DNA from: Octopus sinensis | Taxonomy: Eukaryota | Direction of reading: 5' to 3' | Length of the DNA: 64,000 bases | NCBI RefSeq assembly: GCF_006345805.1 | Contig: NC_043001.1 | Span: forward strand, 82,460,001 to 82,524,000 | In this document: positions 53,768 through 64,000 of the stretch, one piece after another | Numbering within the stretch: the first letter of the stretch is position 1 | How the letters are laid out: every line of letters starts with the position of its first letter | Position numbers and translations under genes: made by a program | The notes under the pieces: generated by a model | Told to the model about the DNA's origin: nothing | Database searches by the model: none | Seen by the model: the letters and a program-made list of their open reading frames with translations, nothing else

Positions 53768-54450
53768 ATTTTGAGGAACCAAATGAGATGGTGTGACCAT
53801 ATTGTTCAAATGGCAAATGAAGGCATGCCGAAACAGCTGTTTTGTGGTGAGCTTGCAGAAGGAACGTTATCGGCGTAAACCTAAAGACAGGTTTAAGGAC
53901 GGCATAAGGATTACTATGAAATCACTTGGAATTTATCCAGAAGACAGAAACCCTTGCTTTGGATCGAGCTTGATGGCGAACAAAAGTGTGGAGTGGGGTG
54001 AAAGCATTTGAAGAGGTCAGGATAACGCATATAAGACTCAAAAGAGATCTAAGGAAGAATGTTAAGATCGAGAAGGTTAATGGCAATGACCTTTTTGTGT
54101 GCACAGTTTGTGACACACCATGCCTTTCTTTTGCTGGGCTCAGATCTCATTTAGAACCCATGGATAAAGAACTTCCACCAACTATTCTGCCTATATGTCT
54201 GTGCACACCTTTGAATGCAGTGTATGCTAGAAGGTTTGCAAATCTAACGGAGGCCTCAAAAAACATTTTAAGATCCACAAAGATCAGGACTTATCTGTAG
54301 CTCTTGGTGGTCCAAATCGGATGTGAAATCTGTGTGGGTATCTTTTCAGAACATTGTCTGGTTTAAAAAAACACATCACATGTCATGATGGTTCTATGGT
54401 GTAAGTACAGGAGGTGGTCAAATTCTGCATAAGGGGTAGACAACCACCAT
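53768..54450 (+). mobile_element. RTE-clade LINE 3' fragment with C2H2 fingers
   Basis: QMRWCDHIVQMANEGMPKQLFCGEL...KPKDRFKD...CTVCDTPCLSFAGLRSH. Confidence 0.8.
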
Positions 54451-55245
54451 GTATGTGCAAATTTGTATGTTTTATGTATGTATTCTCATGCATATATTTG
54501 CATATCTAGGCATGCTCGTATATATTTAAATGATAAACTTCTGGAAAGTTTTACAGATTTTTACAGTTCCAGTGATGGTTTGGATCTATAGTCATCGAAT
54601 AAGCCTTCTCCTTTCTGATTTTGAGAGACCTAATTTCTCAAGATTGGTATTTAGGCAGTGTTACATATCCCAGGCCCCCAATAATTTCAGGTATAAACAC
54701 CGAACTTGTAATCTGGATAGAGTAACTCCAGATTCCTCAATAGTTCAGCATAGATGTTCTCTTTTTTCACTGATCTTCAGCTTTATGTTAACATCCGCTG
54801 GGCAGTTAATTTCCACAACTGTGCACAGTTTCTCTTCTCTATCTCAAATCATTATATCAGGTCTGTTGTTCTTACATTATATTGAGGTCTTCACTGGTAC
54901 GTTCCACCAGTATTCCTTTTTATTATGAATGGCTATGGTTTCTACCATATTATGGGTTCTTATTTCTTTGTCCTCAAGATTATCCTTCTGACAGATTTTA
55001 TTATAGAGTGTCCTAGCTACAGCATCATGTCTCATCGGTAGATAATACCGTAATGACATTTTCTGACAACTGCTTATGATGTGGGTGATATCTTCAGTGT
55101 GAACTCCACAAAGTCTGCATCGGTTGTTACATTTTACTGCTTTTCCTGCATCTCTATCCCTTTTGGGTATCAGGTATTTGATTGATATTTCCTGTTCCTA
55201 GATTACATACTCTTCAAAGAGGGAGGTAGTAATCCAGCTATTGAT
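54450..55245 (-). mobile_element. R4-like RLE LINE 3' fragment in (TATG)n
   Basis: CRLCGVHTEDITHIISSC (CCHC), RHDAVAR, WWNVPV, NRPDI, IIGALG. Confidence 0.85.
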
Positions 55246-55365
55246 GCATGTATGTATGTACGTATGTACGTATCTATGTATGTATGAACGTATGCATGAA
55301 CGTATGTATGTACATAAGTACATACATACATACATACATACATACATACATACTACATACATACA

Positions 55366-55398
<33 letters not shown>

Positions 55399-55672
55399 GC
55401 ACAGGAACTCAAGATTATCCGAGGCATAATGCTTCAATTAAAGAATCAGTGAAAACTATAACGATATTACTTGAAATTAAATAACAATTTTAATGTAGTT
55501 CTTGCCAACATTAATTATACTACCGCCAATTTTTCTATCATGTTTTAATGCCATAAGCAGTCCTTGGTATCAGCTTTTTTTAAAAAATTAATAGCACCAT
55601 TCTATACTAACTTACAAAATTCCTATATCTCTGAATTTGTTCTTAGTTCTAACATTCACAATTAGAAAATGT

Positions 55673-55712
55673 CTCACTGATAAGAGTTAATAAGATCGAA
55701 ACGTACCTTGAG
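55673..55712 (+). ncRNA. Degenerate hammerhead-like motif
   Basis: CTCA-CTGATAA-GAGTTAATAAGATC-GAAAC-GTACCT-TGAG; G8 mutated, cleavage triplet damaged. Confidence 0.35.
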
Positions 55713-57183
55713 TTATTGTTCTACTGCTAAAGGAGTGACTCACACTCTAGTGAATTCGATATTTAATTAATTTCAGTTAATTAAATTTTTTAATTTATTA
55801 CCCACCCCTTCATTATTATTATTTTTTGTCCAGTTTTAGTCTTGTACAATACGATTTTTCTCATTATTGAGGATGTAATTTTAATCAAAATTCTCCAGTT
55901 TTCTGCCGAGTATTCTAGTGCCTACTTTTACCATTAATTCCAGTGTTATGCATCGAGGCTATATAATTGCTTCAACTGGAATGAACCGGTTTGGGTTCCT
56001 TATTTTAATTACATTCTCATTTAATAGATAGCTCTACTTCTCTCGTTAGAATCCGCCTTTTCAAAGCAAACTAATGCTGTATTTATTTAGAACCCAGTCA
56101 CCAATCCAACTGTACAAACATGTCCCAGAAGTAGAATATTCCTCGCCTTGCTCTTAACTCCTACGCCATAAAACTATTGCTTAACAACATCGCTTCTCCG
56201 CAACATGGCTGCCTAATTTAAAACCAGACGCATCACTGAACACACATTTACTTTGTTTATCCATATAGTGTGATATACACATATTTGCTAGCACACACAC
56301 ATTACGCACATAGTCATACACACACACACACATACACGCATTAATATACAGACACGAAACATTGTTATTCACATAGCGTGTATAACATTCAAAGTTATCC
56401 TCGTCTAGAAGTTCACTCTTTATGTTATACATCAATAACAGATAAACTCTGTGGTCTGCATTGTTGCATTTTAATTACAGATTTAGATCGACGCACGTGG
56501 GGGTTTATGTTAATTGACTGCGCCCATGCTGTAGCACTGCTATCAATGGTTTCGCTTATCACATCGATCTCAGAGTTTATTTCTGTCTACTAATAATGTA
56601 TATTTTATCTATCTCTACGAACGGTGTACAGGCACAGAACTTGATGCATCATTTTAGATCAGCATATACGAATGTAATTGATATGCAAACACGCAATCTC
56701 ACACACACACACACACACGTGTGTGTGTGTGCGTATATGTGTATGTATATGTGTTTGTATGCATATATGTATCGATTTTAGATATCAATGTAAGTAAATC
56801 TGAAACATGCTAAACTTGCATATTTTCATTTTCCACTTACAACTTGAATCGACAAACTACATGTAGCATAGTAAAATTATTTCTCTACAATCCCCAGCCT
56901 TGACAGATCATCAATGTAGCACTTGTTAATACAGGTACAGGCATGTGTGTGTGGGTCGATAAGAAGATCGCTTTGTAACCACGAAGTTTCTGGTTCAGTC
57001 ATGCTGCGACGAACCTTAGGCATCTACTTTGTACTATAGAGCCAAGCCTACCACTGACTTGTGAGTGAATTTGGTTGATCGAAACTGAGCGGAATCCTAC
57101 CGTACACAGACACACACAAACACGGATAGATATCAAGAATAACGGACAGAGAGACTTACATGCATACAGACAGACAGACGGAC

Positions 57184-57251
<68 letters not shown>

Positions 57252-57252
57252 T

Positions 57253-57347
<95 letters not shown>

Positions 57348-57469
57348 GGATAAATAGATAGATAGACAGACAGATAGACAGACAGACAAACAGACAAACG
57401 GTCGGACGGACGGACGGACAGACAGACAGAAGACAGACAGACAAACAGATAGGTAGGTAGGTAGGTAGG

Positions 57470-57515
<46 letters not shown>

Positions 57516-57516
57516 T

Positions 57517-58289
57517 GTTTCTTTATTAGCCACACAGGGCTGCACACAGATAGAACAAATTACAAGGTAGAGCTTTTCTTTTGAAGGTTTAAAAAAAAAA
57601 AAGAAAGGAAGGGGGAGTTTCGATCAAAAGGGATCGTAAAAGGAGAGAAAGAGGACAAAAAAAAGGGGGGTTAAAAAAAGGGGGAGAGGAAAAAAAATTG
57701 ATCAATAGGGATCGTTATCACAGAAATGTCAATATGAAGTGTAAAGGGGAGGACAGGTGAGGTTTACCCGTGGAAAGGAAAGCCTACGGAAAAGGCCACG
57801 GTAACCTCGGTCAATGGAGTCAGATGTTATATTTCTTTTTTTTTTTTTTTGCAAATAAGCAATTCTCTGTTTTCAATTTCTGCGTTCATAGGATCATGCT
57901 CAAGGTGGCTTCGTCATTCATACGTGCCATTCTTGCTACATTCACCCATCTTTTTTTAAAACGTTCGCTAGACAAAACTTGCCTCTCTACTCTCACTTTC
58001 CTTTTCAAGTGGTACTTGAAGAAGTTGATGAGAGATTGACCAGAGAGGAAAGTGTTTGTCTCCAATCCTTTCAGACGCGTCCACCAGATACATTCTTTCG
58101 CCATAGCCACAAGGATGATGAAAATAGCTCTTCCTTCCCGTTTGAAGGAGGGAGGCGTGACAATATTAACGATAGACTCAGCTGATAAACCGACTCGTCC
58201 CACACGTGACAGCAGTTGTTCGACACAAGCCCACAGGTCGGAAATTGTTGGACACTGCACGAGTGCGTGCAGAACGGTTTCGTCGCTCT

Positions 58290-58290
<1 letters not shown>
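57517..58290 (-). mobile_element. Tx1/L1-clade LINE 3' end inserted in (GATA)n
   Basis: Open frame [12 protein letters not shown]...LW...AKECIWWTR...RW (L1/Tx1 ORF2 C-terminus), 3' UTR ending AATAAAGAAAC; (GATA)n on both sides. Confidence 0.85.
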
Positions 58291-58352
<62 letters not shown>

Positions 58353-58419
58353 GGTCGGACGGACGGATGGACGTACAGACAGACAGATAGGTAGGTAGGT
58401 AGGTAGGTAGGTAGGTAGG

Positions 58420-58512
<93 letters not shown>

Positions 58513-58918
58513 GCGCAGGTGTGTGTTTACGCGTGTATCTTTGTGTTTGTGGCTGTTTCCCGCTTGGCAACCAATGTTGAGATGTTTACAACCCATAATC
58601 TAGCGGTTCAGCAATAGTAGCCGATAGAATAAGTACCGAACTTTATGAAAAAAATAAGAACTGGAGTCGATTCGTTTAGCTAAAGCCCTTCAAGATAGTG
58701 CTCCAGCATGGCCGTAGTCTAGTGGCTGAAACAAGTAAAGAATAACGATAAAGTACGACAACTAAGTGCACCAATGTGTCAAACTAAAACGCAAACGCAG
58801 TATCTACTTACGTAAATTTGGGGTTTAGTTGATCGCCAAATGCTCTCCCTGTTACTAATTTTCAATGAAGTGTTCACATCTACAGGACAGATGATCTCTA
58901 TACTTATTGACAATATTT

Positions 58919-59588
58919 GAGGCGTTTCGTAACAGACCGTTGTAAGCGTCACAACTTAGAAACAGAGAAAAACGCAGTCAAAGGTTTGCGATATTTCAGA
59001 ATGTGATATCACGGCAAGGAATGAAGTTAGGAAGCTGGTTTTGGTCTTAAGATGACTGTGAAAACCTCCTCTAATCATTCCATCTCTGTACAGCTATCTA
59101 TTTATGTATGCATCTGAAAGATGAAACAATGACTGCGTTTTTCTCATTTTGTAGAATATACCAGTACTACGAAACGGTGTATTGCATTGCATATTTTAGC
59201 CATAATACCTAGAAAAAACATATAGGGACCAGTCCCAAAGGTAATGTTTGTGTTTTACTATGCCAAGGTAAGTATCTTCAAGAGGTAAGACTAGATAGTA
59301 AGATATAGCAAGATAATAGCCCATTATCGTTACGATGGTAACGAGGAATATTAGAAAATGAGCCATAACATCTCGAAAAATGATACAGGGACCACACCAA
59401 ACGTATTCGATTGAGCGTGTGTGCTTACGATGGTGTGTTACTAAACTCTCTAGTCCGTGTTTGGGTGAGCGAGCGCCTGTTCTTCCTCCCAACTTTTTCA
59501 GATTCTAGACGTCGAGACAAAGAAAATGATATACTAACTTGGAAAATAGCCTAGATGGCGCTTACGACACGCAGTTACTAAACGCCTC
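58919..59588. mobile_element. Non-autonomous DNA transposon with 33-bp imperfect TIRs
   Basis: GAGGCGTTTCGTAACAGACCGTTGTAAGCGTCA vs reverse complement of 59556-59588 (26/33); internal 16-bp perfect inverted repeat 58965-58980/59130-59145. Confidence 0.65.
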
Positions 59589-60294
59589 CTTAATTTCCTG
59601 TTCCAGTGAAGGCGCGTGGCTTAGTGGTTAGGGTATTCGGCTTACGATCATGAGTTCGATTCCTGGCAGCGCGTTGTGTCCTTGAGCAAGACACTTTATT
59701 TAACATTGCTCTAGTCCACTTAAATGGCAAAAATGAGTAGTACTTGTAATTCAAAGGGCCAGACTTGTCTCATTCTGTGGAATGCTCAGCCACTTGCACG
59801 TTAGTTTCACAAGCAAGCTGTTCCGACGTAGTATTTTCTGTTCCAAACAATTTTATCAAGCCTACGCTGATTGATTTTAGCAGAGCTTTTACTGAATTCT
59901 CTATCAATATTATAGAGACGTGTGGATATACACAACGGTAAGAATATGCTTTTTGTAAATCCTATAAACAATATCTATTGCAATACATAGGGTAGCAGTG
60001 TACGTTGTTTTAATAGCGCGATTATGTCATTTTGCATGACATAATCATCATATTCGTAGTATCTCGAGAGTATAAAGGTTTTAGTTTCTATTGTTCATCA
60101 AATATTTAGTTATTGTGTTCTGCTTTTGGATTACAAAAGCATTTCCTTCGAGACGTGATGCAATGTAACAATGGCGGGTTTTCCTATCAGTAATGTATCG
60201 TTCATGAGCCTTCGTGAAAGACACCTGTGTAAAATCTTTTGTCTGTATGTATACAGTACGTTTCCCCATCAATGTATTTATGTATGTATGGACG

Positions 60295-60421
<127 letters not shown>

Positions 60422-61514
60422 TGTGTGTGTGTGTATGTATAGATATATATATCTATATGCATTGATGTCTAAGTATGTTTATCTTATCTATCTGAATGGA
60501 TGCTTACCCACACACACACGTACACTCATGTATACGTATGTATGTATTTATACATGCATCGTTGTATGTGTACGTGCGTGTATGTGTGTGCTTGCGTGCG
60601 TGCGTGCATGTGTGTGTGCTTGCGTGCATCTGTGTGTGTGTGTGTGTGTGTATTTACATGCGATCTGATTATATTTAAAGCAATTCCCAGCAATATAAAA
60701 ACGTCTGTTTGCAATCTAGATCCAAGGCCCTCTATTAGGAATTTGGACTTCAACTAGATAGTTATGTGTGTCCGCCTGTGACGCTGGTCGTCTGCCTAGC
60801 AGTTGCCTGTTTCTCTGTATATGTGTGTGAGAGGGTGTGTGTGTGTGTATGTGTGTGTGTAAGTGTGTGTTTTTGTGTGTTTGTGTATGTACGCGTTTGT
60901 GTGTGCAGGCACGTATGCGTGTATGTATTATGTATGCATGTCTATGTTTGTGTATATATATGTATATATATTTGTGTACGTATACGTTTGTATTTATGCA
61001 TATATATATATATGTGTATGTTTTAATGTATATATGTACGTATGTATATGTTTGTGTGTATAGTTCTCTATGAATACGTATATTTTTATGCATGTATGTA
61101 TGCATATATGTGTGTGTATGTATTCATGTATGTATGCATGTATATGTGTGTATGTATGTATGGATGTATGTAGTTATGTATTTATGTGTATGTGTATGTA
61201 TGTATGTATGTATGCATGCATGCATGTATATATGTATTTATGTGTTTATGTGTATGTGTATGTATGTATGCATGTATGTATGTATGTATGTATTTATGTG
61301 TATGTGTATGTGTATGTATGTATGCATGTATGTATGTATGTATGTATGTATGTATGTATGTATGTATGCATGCATGTATGTATGTATGTATTTATGTATG
61401 TATTTATGTATTTATGTGTATGTGTATGTATGTATGTATGTATGTATGTATGTATGTATGTATGCATGTATGTATGTATGTATGTATGTATGTATGTATG
61501 TACGTATGTATGTA

Positions 61515-61931
61515 TACTCTTTTACTCTTTTACTTGTTTCAGTCATTTGACTGCGGCCATGCTGGAGCACCGCCTTTAGTCGAGCAAATCGACCCCGGGA
61601 CTTATTCGTTGTAAGCCCAGTACTTATTCTATCGGTCTCTTTTGCCGAACCGCTAAGTGACGGGGACGTAAACACACCAGCATCGGTTGTCAAGCAATGC
61701 TAGTGGTACAAACACAGACACACAAACACATGCACATACATACATATACATATATATATACATATATACGACAGGCTTCTTTCAGTTTCCGTCTACCAAA
61801 TCCACTCACAAGGCATTGGTCGGCCCGGGGCTATAGCAGAAGACACTTGCCCAAGATGCTACGCAGTGGGACTGAACCCGGAACCATGTGGTTGGTTAGC
61901 AAGCTACTTACCACACAGCCACTCCTGCGCC
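61515..61931 (-). mobile_element. SINE family B, full-length best copy
   Basis: Head GGCGCAGGAGTGGCTGTGTGGTAAG, B-box GGTTCAGTCCC, CORE-like CTTGGGCAAGTG, (AAAAGAGT)n tail. Confidence 0.9.
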
Positions 61932-62574
61932 TATGTATGTCGACAAACAAATCCTGTCAAAGGACAGATGAACACAGTAGAGTCAACAGCTACCCAACAA
62001 CTGGGATTGGGAGATCCCTAATCTTTCTTTAGACACATCTCTTTAGGAGGAAGAAATTCCGAAAGAATACTCCCCTCCCACCATTGCAAAGCCAGAGATC
62101 CTGCTCCTGCTTGTTCTCGGATTACTTGGCTTTGTAGGTGAGAGTCTTAGCGATGTTGCATTGGTGGTTGTTATTGATTTCAAATTTCAGCTCAGGCATC
62201 ACAACTACTCATTCTCTTTAACATCTAGGATAAGATAATTTGTCAGTGATGGTCATATGCGTTTATGAGTCGATAGCTTCCGTATGTATGTATGTATGTA
62301 TGTATGTATGTATGTATGTATGTATGTATGTATGTATGTATGTATGTATGTATGTATGTATATATGTATGTATGCATGTATGTATGTATATGTATGTATG
62401 TATGTATATATGCATGTCTGTTTGTATGTGTGAATATGTGTAAGTATGTGTATATGTGTTATATGTACGTATGTATTTATAATATATGCACTATATATAT
62501 ATTATATATATACATACATACAGTACATACCACTTACACTTACACATATATAATGTATATATATATGCATATAT

Positions 62575-62643
<69 letters not shown>

Positions 62644-63257
62644 AATGCGCGTGTGCAATCTATGTGAATACGATATGTCTGTCTGCCAGGTCGGACAAAG
62701 ATGTAATGTTTCGATTGATACTGGAGCGTGGGTGTAACATTTCCTGGCCAGCATATTGTTTACAATGTCTACGGATTAATTGCCTTATCTACTTTCCTCG
62801 TCTACAGGGTCGTCTTTGTCTCTCTCATCTGTCTGTCACCCGTACACTTGCTTCGACCCATCAACTAAATGATCACATTGTGCTTAATTAGCTAATTGAT
62901 AGTCTCCATCCTTATCTTTCTTTCTCCTTCTCTTTCTCTCTCTTGCTCTGTGTGTGAGTGTGTGTGTATGTGTGTGTGTGTATGTGTGTGTGTGTGTCCG
63001 TTCCATTGTAGAGCTTCTCTAGCGTTATAGTTCGCATCAACCTGTGGCGTAGAGTCGAATAACCTCGAGACATGAATGTATAAATCTATAGATTTAAAGG
63101 TTAGCTGTGAATACGCAATTTCGACGGACAGGATGCAGCTGTAGACTCATAACTGTGGCACCCGCCAACGAACAGTGCTCCCACCACTTTATACAGTTAT
63201 AAAGATGGAATGTAGTAAACGAGTCTCTCTGTCTTTCTCTTTGACTCTTTCATTACC

Positions 63258-63487
63258 TATTTCTTTATTACCCACAAGGGGCTAAACACAGAGGGGACAA
63301 ACGAGGACAGACATAGGTATTAAGTCGATTACATCGACCCCAGTGCGTAACTGGTACTTAATTTATCGACCCCGAAACGATGAAAGGCAAAGTATACCTC
63401 GGCGGAATTCGAACTCACAACGTAACGCAGACGAAATACCGCTAAGCATTTCGCCCGGCGTGCTAACGTTTCTGCCAGCTCGCCGCC
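63258..63487 (-). mobile_element. SINE family A monomer with tail A
   Basis: Reverse complement of head, body and tail A. Confidence 0.85.
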
Positions 63488-64000
63488 AGCTCGTCGCCAT
63501 GACTCTTTCATTACCTCTCTCTCACTTTACCTCTCTCTCTCTCCCCATCTCTGTCTCTCTTTCTTTATTTCTTTAGATGGTTATGTCAGCCGATGAGTCC
63601 ACTGAAAGATTTATGCAAAAATAAAGAACGCTTTCAAGGGTAGGGACAGTGAAAACTCCACCCTCTGCTCCTGCTTTATCCGGACACTCCAGAACCATGG
63701 AAGCAGTTTCCTTGAGTTCCTCCAGTGTTTTCTTCTGAGGACTCTTCTTTACTCCCTTAGAGTTCATCACATTGGCCTCCTCTACTTCCATAAGGAAAAC
63801 TGCATATACGAAAAGTGACCTCTCCTACTATTGTTACAAAAGGTACGTCTTCTTTAAGAATTTAAAGCCACTGGCAGCCGATTACTCGAAATTATGACCC
63901 TAGGCTTTGCTAACCCATACACAATTGTATGAACGTAAATTAAAATCAATACGCTCAGACGAATGTAGATATAGAAATAAGAAAAGATAGCAACACGAAA

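Noticed and set aside
63573-63791. 72-aa minus-strand ORF as gene or LINE endonuclease fragment
   Set aside because: No convincing motif; cannot be assigned without a search

Overview
Eukaryotic, AT-rich, microsatellite-saturated genomic DNA with one 100-N assembly gap. The SINE repertoire suggests an octopus/cephalopod genome (inference). Almost all ORF-track entries are microsatellite translations. Real content: (1) a near-full-length but disrupted Penelope-like element (RT + C-terminal GIY-YIG, 43.5-46.8 kb) with two direct pseudo-LTRs plus one inverted copy, each carrying a type I hammerhead ribozyme (HHR) motif; (2) about a dozen further HHR or HHR-like motifs in small elements, including a non-coding 571-nt-unit mini-element with PLE architecture, a tRNA-headed SINE with an internal HHR-like motif, and variant cores (CCGANGA, UUGANAA); (3) fragments of Tx1/L1, R4/Dong, RTE, CR1-like and HERO-like LINEs, several sitting in family-specific microsatellites; (4) three abundant tRNA-derived SINE families, one with a Tx1-like 3' tail; (5) a Helitron, a mariner foldback element and MITEs; (6) one candidate host exon. 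All motif and homology calls were made by eye, without database searches.
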